From: an uncultured bacterium
GTDB taxonomy: Bacteria; Babelota; Babeliae; Babelales; Vermiphilaceae
Direction: 5' to 3'
DNA: 64,000 nucleotides
Assembly: GCA_963707655.1 (NCBI GenBank)
Contig: OY970172.1
Location: 672,001 to 736,000, forward strand
Every line of letters begins with the position of its first letter. The stretch's first letter is position 1. The position numbers and the translations under genes are program-made. The notes beneath the pieces were generated by a model, which saw only the letters and a list, made by a program, of their open reading frames with translations, was not told the DNA's origin and searched no databases. Below, piece after piece: positions 29,946 through 39,731 of the stretch.

Positions 29946-31265
29946 ATGAATACTATTACCAGCGACTATCGCCATGCAAAAATCAGTGAGAAAAAAATTG
30001 CCGAATTGGGCAAAACATTGGTGAGCGAGATTGAGCGGCTGCAGCAGGCACAAAATTTGCAATATGATACTGACTATGCCTTTATCAATATAATTAACGA
30101 TGCACCCCTTTTGGATGAAATAAAGCAGTTGGTGCATGAAAAGAAAAAACTACAGCCAACTGTTCTGTTGATCGTTGGCATTGGTGGCTCCAATCTGGGC
30201 ACCTTGGCAATTCAACAAGCACTCTACGGTATGTTTTATAATGAACATCAACCGGAACTTAAAATCTATTTTGTTGATACCGTTGATACTGATTATACCA
30301 ATGACATTCTCTTGTTGGCACAACAGGCGCTTGAAAAAGATGAAACGGTGCTTCTCAATGTAATAAGTAAGTCAGGAAACACCACAGAAACCATCGCCAA
30401 TTTTGAAATCTTCTTGGATCTCTTTAAAAATTATTACGAAGATACCTATCATTATTATATTGTCGCCACTACTGATTGTGGCTCCCCGCTCTGGCAGCTG
30501 GCGCAGCGAGAAAAACTTTCTTGTCTGTCTATACCACAAAAGATTGGCGGGCGTTACTCAGTCTTTTCTGCGGTAGGGCTTTTTCCCCTTGCCATGATAG
30601 GCATTGATATTCAGGAATTACTCCGAGGAGCACAATCAATACTCCCCTCCCTGCTTGACACTGACATTTTCTCAAACAATGCCGCGCTGAGTGCTGCGCA
30701 TATCTTTGCGCACTATCAAGAACAGATTGCCATTCATAATTTCTTTATTTTTTCTGTTGATTTACAAGGAATTGGCGCGTGGTACCGGCAATTAATGGCA
30801 GAGAGCATAGGCAAAGCACAAGTACGCTCGGGAGAAAAAGCGGCGATTGGCATCTTGCCCACCACTGCTATAGGCAGCACAGACCTGCATTCAATGGTGC
30901 AATTTTATTTAGCCGGACCAAGCAGCACGTACACTACTTTTTTATCAGTTGAAACAAATAAATCAGATCTGGTCGTACCACGACAAAATGCATTTGAAAA
31001 GCTTGTTCCTAACATTCAAGATAAGCAGCTTGCATCAATTATGTCTGCTATTTTACAGGGAGTTTTTCATGCATACGAAGAAAAGCAGCGCCCTTTTTGC
31101 GCCATTGCCATACAAGAAAAATCTGCACATTGCATTGGTCAATTGCTCCAATATAAAATGGTTGAAATAGTCTATCTGGCCTTTTTGCTGAACATAAATC
31201 CCTTTGACCAAGCCGAGGTAGAGCTCTACAAACAAGCAACACGAAAGATATTGGCTCATGAATGA
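29946..31265 (+). CDS. pgi: Glucose-6-phosphate isomerase
   Basis: GIGGSNLG, SKSGNTTET, IGGRYSVFS, QLMAESIGK, DLHS, NPFDQAEVE. Confidence 0.92.
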   Translation: MNTITSDYRHAKISEKKIAELGKTLVSEIERLQQAQNLQYDTDYAFINIINDAPLLDEIKQLVHEKKKLQPTVLLIVGIGGSNLGTLAIQQALYGMFYNEHQPELKIYFVDTVDTDYTNDILLLAQQALEKDETVLLNVISKSGNTTETIANFEIFLDLFKNYYEDTYHYYIVATTDCGSPLWQLAQREKLSCLSIPQKIGGRYSVFSAVGLFPLAMIGIDIQELLRGAQSILPSLLDTDIFSNNAALSAAHIFAHYQEQIAIHNFFIFSVDLQGIGAWYRQLMAESIGKAQVRSGEKAAIGILPTTAIGSTDLHSMVQFYLAGPSSTYTTFLSVETNKSDLVVPRQNAFEKLVPNIQDKQLASIMSAILQGVFHAYEEKQRPFCAIAIQEKSAHCIGQLLQYKMVEIVYLAFLLNINPFDQAEVELYKQATRKILAHE

Positions 31266-32631
31266 CTGTACTATCATAATATTCGGCGCCAGCGGTGATT
31301 TGGCAAAGCGCAAAATAATCCCTGCTCTCTATCGCCTGGTTGAGCGCAACATTTTAACAAAGTTTCTTCTCATCGGTGCAGCAATTGATCATATTTCCTC
31401 CGATGAGATGCTGCAGCGCGCGCAAGAATTTATTGAAAACATTAACCCTGCTGTCTGGGAAAAACTAAAAAAGGCCGCTCTCTATCAGCCATTAAATTTT
31501 ACCAATTCAGCAGATTATGCCGACCTACAGCAGCAAACAGATGAATATGAAAAAAAATATGGTATGAGCGGCAATCGAATCATCTATGTCGCCGCTGCAT
31601 CACAATTTTTTTGTGCGATTACCAGTAACCTCGCCGCATCGGGCCTTGCACAGCGCCTGGGAGCAGAGGAAAAAACATGGCATAGAATTGTTTATGAAAA
31701 GCCATTTGGCCATGATCTTGCAAGTGCGCAGCATATTGACCGGTGCATAGAAAAATCATTTTTTGAGCAGCAAATTTATCGTGTTGATCATTTTTTAAGC
31801 AAAGAGTTGGTAAGCAATATTGCTCTGCTCCGCTTTACCAATATTTTTTTTGAGCCGATCTGGAACAATCATTACATAGATAACATACAGATTATTTTAG
31901 ATGAAAAAATTGGTATTGACGGGCGTGGCGCTTATTACGATAAATCTGGCGCCTTGGCGGATGTGATGCAAAACCACATGCTTGAAATGCTTGCACTCAT
32001 AGCAATGGAAAGCCCTGCAACCCTCACTGGGGATGATATACGCACGGCACGCGCAACTCTCTTGGCGCAGGTTAATTTTGCTGACGGCATAGTGGGACAA
32101 TATGACACCTATAGAGCAGAACCAGCTGTAGCAGCCGATTCAAAAACAGAAACCTTTGCTGCTGTTATAGTGACTATCAACAATGAGCGCTGGCGCGGTG
32201 TTCCTTTTTATCTGAAAACAGGAAAAAAGATGTCCGCGAAACAAACGAGCATCACGATTACTTTTAAAAAAGTCGATTGCTTACTCGCAAAACAATGTCC
32301 CACACAAGCCAATTCCTTAACGATACAAATTGCGCCGCAACAATTTTTTGCACTGCAAGTAAACGCAAAAAAAATGGGTACCTCGTCAGAAGTTGAACCG
32401 GTATTAATGGACTTTTGCCACAACAACAGCGCGCCACTTGCCTATGAAACATTGCTGGAAGCTATTTATAAAGCAGATCAATCAGTCGCTGTCCGTTTTG
32501 ACGAAATTGAATATTCGTGGAAGATTATTGACGCTATTAAGGCAGCCAACCTCCCTTTGTATTCTTACCAATCAAACACGCAGGGCCCAGAGGAATTAGA
32601 AAAATTTCTACGTAAACATAAAATAAGGTAG
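31258..32631 (+). CDS. zwf: Glucose-6-phosphate 1-dehydrogenase
   Basis: FGASGDLAKRK, EKPFGHDL, RVDHFLSKE, DVMQNH, RWRGVPFYLKTGK. Confidence 0.95.
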   Translation: MNDCTIIIFGASGDLAKRKIIPALYRLVERNILTKFLLIGAAIDHISSDEMLQRAQEFIENINPAVWEKLKKAALYQPLNFTNSADYADLQQQTDEYEKKYGMSGNRIIYVAAASQFFCAITSNLAASGLAQRLGAEEKTWHRIVYEKPFGHDLASAQHIDRCIEKSFFEQQIYRVDHFLSKELVSNIALLRFTNIFFEPIWNNHYIDNIQIILDEKIGIDGRGAYYDKSGALADVMQNHMLEMLALIAMESPATLTGDDIRTARATLLAQVNFADGIVGQYDTYRAEPAVAADSKTETFAAVIVTINNERWRGVPFYLKTGKKMSAKQTSITITFKKVDCLLAKQCPTQANSLTIQIAPQQFFALQVNAKKMGTSSEVEPVLMDFCHNNSAPLAYETLLEAIYKADQSVAVRFDEIEYSWKIIDAIKAANLPLYSYQSNTQGPEELEKFLRKHKIR

Positions 32632-32636
32632 CGGCT

Positions 32637-33545
32637 ATGAAAATCGGATTAGTTGGATTAGGCAGAATGGGCAATGCCATAGCACAGCGAGCAATTGAAG
32701 GAGGCAATCAGGTTATTGGTTTTGATCTTTCTCCCTCTTCATGTGCCGATGCAGAAAAAATTGGTGTAACGATCGCACCTTCACTTGAAGCATTGGCTCG
32801 AGAGGCACGCATCATCTGGCTCATGGTTCCCGCAGGAGAAATCGTTGATACCGTGTTACAAGCTCTGCGCGCCTACCTCAAAAAAGATGACATTGTTATT
32901 GACGGGGGCAACAGCAAATTTACCGATTCAATCAGGCGCGCACAAGAGTTAGAAAAGCAGGGAATATTTTTTCTTGATTGTGGTACCTCAGGCGGTTTAC
33001 AGGGCAGAGAGTTTGGTTTTTCACTCATGGTTGGCGGCGATGAAGCAAGCTATACAAAAATACATTCTCTACTTTCTGCAATTGCTGCGCCGGGAGCACT
33101 GGGGTTGGTTGGACCATCGGGCGCGGGGCATTATGTGAAGATGGTGCATAATGGCATAGAATATGCGCTACTACAAGCATATGCAGAAGGATTTATGCTG
33201 ATTAAAGAGGGAAGCTTTAAAAACAGCAATCCGGACTTGGAACAAATTAGTAGAGTTTGGAGCAATGGCTCGATTATAAGATCATGGATCCTTGATCTTT
33301 CTCATGGCATTTTTGAAAAAGATCAGGAATTTCATCATATTTCAGGATCAATCGGACAAAATGGCACCGGAAAATGGACCGTTGAAAATGCTCATGAAAA
33401 TAATATTTCATTACCGGTGATTGAAGAAGCATTAAAAGTGCGCGCCTGGTCAGAACAAACGGGTGGTAACTATGCTACCAAAATCGTTGCTCTCTTGCGC
33501 CATGCATTTGGGGGCCATGAGTTGAAAAAGCAGAAAAAATCATGA
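32637..33545 (+). CDS. gnd: 6-phosphogluconate dehydrogenase, short (YqeC-type)
   Basis: GLGRMG, IDGGNS, DCGTSGG, GHYVKMVHNGIEY, LRHAFGGH. Confidence 0.93.
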   Translation: MKIGLVGLGRMGNAIAQRAIEGGNQVIGFDLSPSSCADAEKIGVTIAPSLEALAREARIIWLMVPAGEIVDTVLQALRAYLKKDDIVIDGGNSKFTDSIRRAQELEKQGIFFLDCGTSGGLQGREFGFSLMVGGDEASYTKIHSLLSAIAAPGALGLVGPSGAGHYVKMVHNGIEYALLQAYAEGFMLIKEGSFKNSNPDLEQISRVWSNGSIIRSWILDLSHGIFEKDQEFHHISGSIGQNGTGKWTVENAHENNISLPVIEEALKVRAWSEQTGGNYATKIVALLRHAFGGHELKKQKKS

Positions 33546-34165
33546 AAATAATTGATATTAGTTGGCCCATCAGCCAGACAATAACCGGCTATAAAGATAG
33601 AATAACGGTGCGGTTTGAAACCAGAAAAACAATAGCAAAAGATGCTGTATTAGAAACCGGCATTCAGCTTGATTCGCATGCGGGCACCCATGTGGATGCA
33701 CCGGCTCATTTTCTGCCTGATGGGAAGACTATTGATGCGGTCAGCCTTAATTCTTTGATAGGCATGGCAAAGGTAATCGATTGTATAAACGTACATGAAA
33801 AAATTACCGTTGAGTTCTTACAAACCCAAAACATTGAAGCCGGAGATATTATTCTTTTTAAAACAAGCAATAGCCAGAGAGCGCCAACTGAAAAATTTGA
33901 TGCAAACTTTATATACCTAGATGCTGCAGCCGCTGAATATTTAGTAGAAAAGAAAATAAAAGCGGTGGGTATAGACTATCTTGGCATTGAACGAAATCAA
34001 AAAGAACACACAACCCATCGCGCATTGATGCAGCATGATGTTACTATTATCGAGGGGTTGCGCCTGGGCCATGTAAACGCAGGGCGCTACCAATGTATCT
34101 GTTTACCATTAGCGGTAATGGGCCTGGAGGCGGCTCCGGCACGCGCTATTTTAATAGAGGAGTAA
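33542..34165 (+). CDS. Cyclase-family metal-dependent hydrolase (KynB-like)
   Basis: HAGTHVDAPAH, VGID, IIEGL, AAPARA. Confidence 0.9.
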   Translation: MKIIDISWPISQTITGYKDRITVRFETRKTIAKDAVLETGIQLDSHAGTHVDAPAHFLPDGKTIDAVSLNSLIGMAKVIDCINVHEKITVEFLQTQNIEAGDIILFKTSNSQRAPTEKFDANFIYLDAAAAEYLVEKKIKAVGIDYLGIERNQKEHTTHRALMQHDVTIIEGLRLGHVNAGRYQCICLPLAVMGLEAAPARAILIEE

Positions 34166-34167
34166 CA

Positions 34168-34677
34168 ATGAAAAAACTATTATTAATTTTTTGCCTAAGC
34201 TTAACGCAATCAGCGCACAGTAACGTCTACAGAGGTGGTGGCGGTGGCTCTCAACCGAAAACCAAACGACATGCAATCACAGTCCATTCATTATCTGAAT
34301 ACGAAACATATTATAATCAAGCTGATGAGCCCGAGCATATACATTCCCATGGATTGTCTTTAGCTGATTATCACGCGCTCTACCGCGTAGCACACGGCAA
34401 AACATCAGCAAAAAAGGCGGTTGCTCTTTTGCAAAATACCGCGCCAAAAGTTCGTCGAAAACTTTATAAAAGAATTAAGACAGAGAATGACAATTTTTTA
34501 AACAACAATGATAGCGCAAAGAAAGCTCTCTGTTTTTATACAAAGCAACAAAGACGCGCCATGAAATTGCAAAATCTTGCCCATTTTAGACCGTTGTCAG
34601 AATTTGCCCCAGAAGAAGGTCTAGTAGCCGAAGGACAATTTGAAATGAGCCCTAACGATCCCTATTATCAGGAGTGA
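34168..34677 (+). CDS. Secreted hypothetical protein, tandem family member A1
   Basis: MKK signal peptide; YETYYNQADEPEH, SLADYHALYRVAH. Confidence 0.75.
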   Translation: MKKLLLIFCLSLTQSAHSNVYRGGGGGSQPKTKRHAITVHSLSEYETYYNQADEPEHIHSHGLSLADYHALYRVAHGKTSAKKAVALLQNTAPKVRRKLYKRIKTENDNFLNNNDSAKKALCFYTKQQRRAMKLQNLAHFRPLSEFAPEEGLVAEGQFEMSPNDPYYQE

Positions 34678-34679
34678 CC

Positions 34680-35105
34680 ATGAAACATCTATTATTCATT
34701 CTGTGCCTAGGCTTAGCACAATCGCTACACGGCAGCATTTTTTTGCCCAAACAAATCACCGTGTATTCATTACAATACTATGAAACATATTACAATCAAG
34801 CGGATGATCCAGAGCATATCTATCACAACAAATTATCTTTAGCTGATTATCACACGCTCTATCATGTGGCACATGGAAAAAAATCGTCACAGAAAGCAAT
34901 TGATATTTTGCGAAATATCAACCCAGAAGTGCGCCAGAAACTTTATGAAAAAATTGAGGAAGAGAATAACACCTTTGTAAAAAATAATGATACTCCCAAA
35001 AATTGCCTCTGTTATTACACTAAACAACAAAAACGGGCCATAAAATTGCAACTTGCTTTTGATGTCAAACATTTATTGGAAGCAATTGATACTACCCCGC
35101 GGTAA
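34680..35105 (+). CDS. Secreted hypothetical protein, tandem family member A2
   Basis: Paralog of A1: YETYYNQADDPEH, SLADYHTLYHVAH, YTKQQKRA. Confidence 0.75.
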   Translation: MKHLLFILCLGLAQSLHGSIFLPKQITVYSLQYYETYYNQADDPEHIYHNKLSLADYHTLYHVAHGKKSSQKAIDILRNINPEVRQKLYEKIEEENNTFVKNNDTPKNCLCYYTKQQKRAIKLQLAFDVKHLLEAIDTTPR

Positions 35106-35189
35106 GAATTTGTCTGGCATTAATACATTAATTTGTTTATTATAATCCTGTTTTTGACACAATGAATATCGAATAAAAAGGCAAATGTT

Positions 35190-35612
35190 ATGAAAAAATT
35201 ATTTCTGCTTTCCTGCATGTTAATGCTACAGCACATACATGGCATGGATGAAGTGGGTATGGGCGTTGAGCAGCCAAAAGGATATAACACAATATCTTTA
35301 GCGCAATGGGGTATTTTATATAATGTTGCACACTGCAAGTACTACCTTGACAGCATGAAAACTATTATTAAACCCTTATCCAAGCCCGCAAAAAAACGTG
35401 TTATAAAAAAAGTAGCTGAAGAGCATCAAAATTTTCTTAACAACTACACGCCCACTCCTATAGGGGATTTAGATGAGCCGCAGGTCAAAGATTTAAAGAA
35501 ATTTTTTAAACGTCACAAGATCACTTTTCGGTACAAAAAGATGCTTACCGAGGAACAATTTTTTGCGCTTCAAAGACTTCAGAGGATGGCGCGAGAAGAG
35601 GCACTTGACTGA
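35190..35612 (+). CDS. Secreted hypothetical protein, tandem family member B1
   Basis: MKK signal, MDEVGMG, SLAQWGILYNVAHC, KVAEEHQNFL. Confidence 0.75.
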   Translation: MKKLFLLSCMLMLQHIHGMDEVGMGVEQPKGYNTISLAQWGILYNVAHCKYYLDSMKTIIKPLSKPAKKRVIKKVAEEHQNFLNNYTPTPIGDLDEPQVKDLKKFFKRHKITFRYKKMLTEEQFFALQRLQRMAREEALD

Positions 35613-35650
35613 GCTTACAAAGCATCGTTAACTCTTGCCAAGTAAAATAT

Positions 35651-36058
35651 ATGAAAAAAATATTTCTCATTTCTTGCATATTAATGCTCCAACAAATAAA
35701 TAGTATGGATAGCGTGGGCGCGGGCATGGAGCGGCCAAAGAAAAACGAGTATACAACAGTATCTTTGGCGCAATGGGCTACTTTGTATAATGTTGCACAC
35801 TGCACCGCACAACTTGACGAAATGAAAGCTATTATAGCGCCTTTGTCCAGGCGGGCGAAAAAACTTGTACGGGCAAAGGTAGCTGAAGAACATCAAGATT
35901 TTCTCACGCGCGACTACACGCCCTTTTATTTTCCACACTGGCAGCAGAATGAAGTCAACGCTTTAAAGTTTTTTTTTAAACGCTACAATGTCACGTTTCA
36001 ATACAAAGCCGTGAAGACGGCACGTGAGATTCTAGAGGAGATAAAAATGGAGTGGTGA
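35651..36058 (+). CDS. Secreted hypothetical protein, tandem family member B2
   Basis: SLAQWATLYNVAHC, KVAEEHQDFL. Confidence 0.75.
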   Translation: MKKIFLISCILMLQQINSMDSVGAGMERPKKNEYTTVSLAQWATLYNVAHCTAQLDEMKAIIAPLSRRAKKLVRAKVAEEHQDFLTRDYTPFYFPHWQQNEVNALKFFFKRYNVTFQYKAVKTAREILEEIKMEW

Positions 36059-36145
36059 ATCTACCCACAAAAGCATTGTTAACTCTTGCGCAAAACGGCT
36101 TCCTGAATGGTTTGCTTTATCAGATCAGCTAATTAGAGAAAATAT

Positions 36146-36592
36146 ATGAAAAAATTATTTATGATGTCTTGCCTATTACTACTACAACAAATAAGCGGCA
36201 TGGACACAGTGGGCGCAGGTATGGAGCGGCTCAGTTATAAAACAATATCCTTAGAACAATGGGCCATTCTGTACTACGTGGCAAACTGCAACAACAACAT
36301 TGAGAAAATGCAAGCTATTATGGACCCTTTATCCAAGCACGCGAGAAAACGTGTTAGAGCGAAGGTGGCTGAGCAACACCAAAAATTTCTCGAGGTTTAC
36401 ATCCCAAAGCCTGAGGGAGATGTTTATAAGCCAGCGGTCACAAAATTAAAAAAATTTTTCAAAAAGCACGATATCTCTTTTCAATATAACCCGATGATGT
36501 CTATTGCAGAATGGCAAGCGGAAGAACAGCAAAGGGCGAGCCGGGAGAGGTACTGGCACGCAGTTGAAAGAGGCGAAATACACCTTGAGTAA
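36146..36592 (+). CDS. Secreted hypothetical protein, tandem family member B3
   Basis: SLEQWAILYYVANC, KVAEQHQKFL. Confidence 0.75.
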   Translation: MKKLFMMSCLLLLQQISGMDTVGAGMERLSYKTISLEQWAILYYVANCNNNIEKMQAIMDPLSKHARKRVRAKVAEQHQKFLEVYIPKPEGDVYKPAVTKLKKFFKKHDISFQYNPMMSIAEWQAEEQQRASRERYWHAVERGEIHLE

Positions 36593-36612
36593 ACTTCTCG
36601 CTCAAAACATTT

Positions 36613-38184
36613 TCAACTTTTGCGCAAAGCGACCTCTTGAATGGCTTGCTTTATCAGATCAACATTTTGCTTAATACCAAAATAGGCCAAGCCACCCAAC
36701 GTATTGATCTGCTCTTGTGAATATTTAAAGTTAAAAGTACCACAATATTCATTTTCGCAAGCAACCGGATCAAAGCTGGTTGAATAATCACTATTGCTAA
36801 TCATAGGAAAATAGATAACAATCGGACATGCGCTGTTTGTTTCATCTTTAAATACACGCACAACACTTGTCCCTAAATCGGTGTAATCAATCGGTGGAAA
36901 CGGCACATTATTGCGTTCTGCATATTCCTGTGTTTGTCTGAGCGTATCAAAATTTTGATTGCCCTCAGTGGCATCATACACAATAATAATATCAACCGCA
37001 CGCGCAGGGCGCAGCAATGGGGGAAACGGCAGGTTACATGACAAGCCGCCATCCATCAACGTAAGATGGGTTTTATCTTTAAGAGGACTTGCCACAAATT
37101 TGTATGAAAAATTTTTCTCGTTTGAAGGGGCTATGCGCACGGTGTTGGCCGCATGATTAACCTTAATATCATGCAACATAGCAGTGATAGCCGGTTGCAT
37201 AAAAGAGGGCAATGCATCAACATCGGCAAAAATAGAAGCGCTGTAGCTATTAATAAGATCGCGCACATTCGCATCATATGCTGACCCAAACACTCCCATC
37301 ATATACGCAAGGGAAAGTTCCGGCGCTTTTTCAGTTGAAACGCCATTTTCAAATGAGCGGCCATACGCGTGTGTTGGGATATAGGTTTTGGCATACGAGC
37401 TCCCCATCTCATAAGGAGTACACTCAAACCATTGATATGGGTAAACATCCGGCGTTACCGCGGTATAAATAGGCAAAGGATATGCACCGCTCTCTACCGC
37501 TTTATGAGTATCTGAGAGCGTTACAAAAAAACGGTTATCGCCAAACTCTTGCAATAAGAGATTTGCCAGAAAAGTGCTATAAATATCGATTGATGAAAAA
37601 CCTTGTCCCGACTCAACTTTTCTTATTAAATAATCTGAAATATGCCAAAGATCATCAGCCGCCTGCGAAGCATTCAATCCATTCTCTGTTTTTGCACCAA
37701 GGCCATTAATATAGGTAGGCAAATCTATGCCGGAGCTGATCCATGGCGCTAAGGCCCATGTTGAACCTGAGAGCCCTGCCGCGTATAATGCGCTATCAAG
37801 CAACCCCTCTTCTTGCGCCGCTTTTAATGCGAACAATGCAGTAATCATTGCACGAAAACCGCCACCACTAAAGCACCATGCTATGCGGGGACAAGTATCT
37901 TGATTTGTCTGAATACCCATGGCGTTCAATGCGCTGCATACTGTTGCAAGACGCTTGGCAATTACTGCTTCTTCCTCTGCGCATAGAGAGTCTGCAGCAT
38001 CATAACGAACCGCTATTTTTTTATTATTGAGTTGCCCAATATGTGCAAATAATGTTTGTAAAAATTGCGGCATCCATCGTAGCTTATGTTCATATAAAAC
38101 ATATTCTGAGGTATCATTCAAAGCGCAAGAAAACGTAGGTAATAATAAAAGACAAAAAAACAAAACAACAGGATTTTTCTTCAT
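36613..38184 (-). CDS. Secreted cPLA2/phospholipase B-like lysophospholipase
   Basis: SGGGFRAM oxyanion, GLSGSTW nucleophile, WFECTPYE, GVFGSA, LMDGG..CNLP, R.VDIII. Confidence 0.88.
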   Translation of the reverse strand: MKKNPVVLFFCLLLLPTFSCALNDTSEYVLYEHKLRWMPQFLQTLFAHIGQLNNKKIAVRYDAADSLCAEEEAVIAKRLATVCSALNAMGIQTNQDTCPRIAWCFSGGGFRAMITALFALKAAQEEGLLDSALYAAGLSGSTWALAPWISSGIDLPTYINGLGAKTENGLNASQAADDLWHISDYLIRKVESGQGFSSIDIYSTFLANLLLQEFGDNRFFVTLSDTHKAVESGAYPLPIYTAVTPDVYPYQWFECTPYEMGSSYAKTYIPTHAYGRSFENGVSTEKAPELSLAYMMGVFGSAYDANVRDLINSYSASIFADVDALPSFMQPAITAMLHDIKVNHAANTVRIAPSNEKNFSYKFVASPLKDKTHLTLMDGGLSCNLPFPPLLRPARAVDIIIVYDATEGNQNFDTLRQTQEYAERNNVPFPPIDYTDLGTSVVRVFKDETNSACPIVIYFPMISNSDYSTSFDPVACENEYCGTFNFKYSQEQINTLGGLAYFGIKQNVDLIKQAIQEVALRKS

Positions 38185-38214
38185 TGTGAGAATCCTTTTT
38201 TTAATCCTCTGTAT

Positions 38215-38733
38215 TTATATTTTTTCAATCATCGCCACCGATTTCTCAATGACACTATTTACATCACTAGCAGCTTCGGTAAAATTTTGCAATACATAAT
38301 CAGGAACATTTTCACGCTCTGTTGGGCGCCCAATGCCCACACGCAGTCTTTCAAAAGAATCGCCGCTGGCCGCAATAATCGATTTAAGTCCGTTGTGCCC
38401 TTTTGCGCTTCCCCCTTTTTTAATTTTAATCTGACCAAAGGGAAGTTCCAATTCGTCATGCACCACCAAAATATTGTCGGCTTTTATCCCTTTTTTGAGC
38501 AAATAAGGAATCACTCTTCCCGAGCTATTCATAAATGTTTGCGGTTTTATCAATAATAATTGAGAGCCGTTTAAAGAAATCTCGGCAATTTCCATGTCCT
38601 GGTTTTTGCGCCAGCTGCCATGATACCGAGTAGCAAGTTCATCAAGAACGCGAAAGCCGATTGAATGGCGTTGATAATAATAGGCCGAGCCGGGGTTGCC
38701 TAGCCCAATAATTGCTTTAATTGCATGATCCAT
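38215..38733 (-). CDS. pth: Peptidyl-tRNA hydrolase
   Basis: GLGNPG, RHSIGF, KPQTFMNSSG, VVHDELE, GHNGLKS, RLRVGIGRP. Confidence 0.96.
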   Translation of the reverse strand: MDHAIKAIIGLGNPGSAYYYQRHSIGFRVLDELATRYHGSWRKNQDMEIAEISLNGSQLLLIKPQTFMNSSGRVIPYLLKKGIKADNILVVHDELELPFGQIKIKKGGSAKGHNGLKSIIAASGDSFERLRVGIGRPTERENVPDYVLQNFTEAASDVNSVIEKSVAMIEKI

Positions 38734-38745
38734 GTTTGCTCACTC

Positions 38746-39645
38746 TTATTGTATAGAGGGTACTAATGCGCTGCTTATATCAAATATTTCTATTTTATTA
38801 TGGTGAAAAGATGCCGGTACGGAGTTTGAAACAAAAATTTTATCAAAAACATGGGTAATTAATGGCACGTTCTCTTGCTTTGAAAATATACCATGAATAA
38901 AAAAGCCATATATTTCTTTAAAACCGCGTAGCCTCAGATCATGGGCAACATGCATTGCAGTGCCACCCGTATCAATAATATCATCAATGATAATCGCTTT
39001 CTCGTGCAAAGAAAAATCGGATACCCCTGCAAGAGCAATAGTATCTGCTGAAATACGCTTTTTTTCATAAAACATGACCGGCTTATTCACTATGGCGGCA
39101 ACCGCATGTGCGCGCTCACGCGCCCCATTATCGGGCGCTACAATACAATAATCACCCACAATGCGTTGCTGTATATACTCGGCAAGCAGCTGAGTAACAT
39201 GAATAGAACGCATCTGCTTTGTAAAAAATGCCTCATCCTGGAGATCATGCAATTCTACACAGATAAAACGATCAATAGGCAACGATTCCAATAGTCGAAT
39301 AATGCTCTGCGCCGCGGGAGGAATTCCTTTAACGGTCACCTTACTGTGGCGCGAATAACCAAGATACGGAATAAGGGCAGCAAGCTCTGCGCTTCCTGCG
39401 TAGTGAATAACATTGGCCATTAATGCCAACGTTATAATTTCTTCTGCAACAGGGGGGCAGGTAGGATGAATAACAACCACTTTTTTATTGGCGAAAGATG
39501 TAAGATCATCAAAAATTATATCTCGTTCCCCATCGGCAAATACCGTTATATGAGGAACAATCAACTCTTTGCCCAGCGCGCGCGCTATTTGGTCAGCAAG
39601 ATCAAATTTACTGGAAGCAACAATGAGCACATCATCATATTTCAT
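38746..39645 (-). CDS. prs: Ribose-phosphate pyrophosphokinase (divergent)
   Basis: FADGE, PYLGYSR, VAPD.GA..RA, DDIIDTGGT, HGIFS. Confidence 0.85.
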   Translation of the reverse strand: MKYDDVLIVASSKFDLADQIARALGKELIVPHITVFADGERDIIFDDLTSFANKKVVVIHPTCPPVAEEIITLALMANVIHYAGSAELAALIPYLGYSRHSKVTVKGIPPAAQSIIRLLESLPIDRFICVELHDLQDEAFFTKQMRSIHVTQLLAEYIQQRIVGDYCIVAPDNGARERAHAVAAIVNKPVMFYEKKRISADTIALAGVSDFSLHEKAIIIDDIIDTGGTAMHVAHDLRLRGFKEIYGFFIHGIFSKQENVPLITHVFDKIFVSNSVPASFHHNKIEIFDISSALVPSIQ

Positions 39646-39664
39646 AAAAAACTCTTTTAAAAGC

Positions 39665-39696
39665 AAGAAGCGCGACTATTTGTAGTCGCGCTTCTT
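39665..39696. terminator. Intrinsic terminator hairpin
   Basis: Perfect IR AAGAAGCGCGACTA-tttg-TAGTCGCGCTTCTT downstream of skp-like gene. Confidence 0.75.
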
Positions 39697-39731
39697 TATG
39701 TTTTATATAAATTACTGCAAGGCAGTTAATC

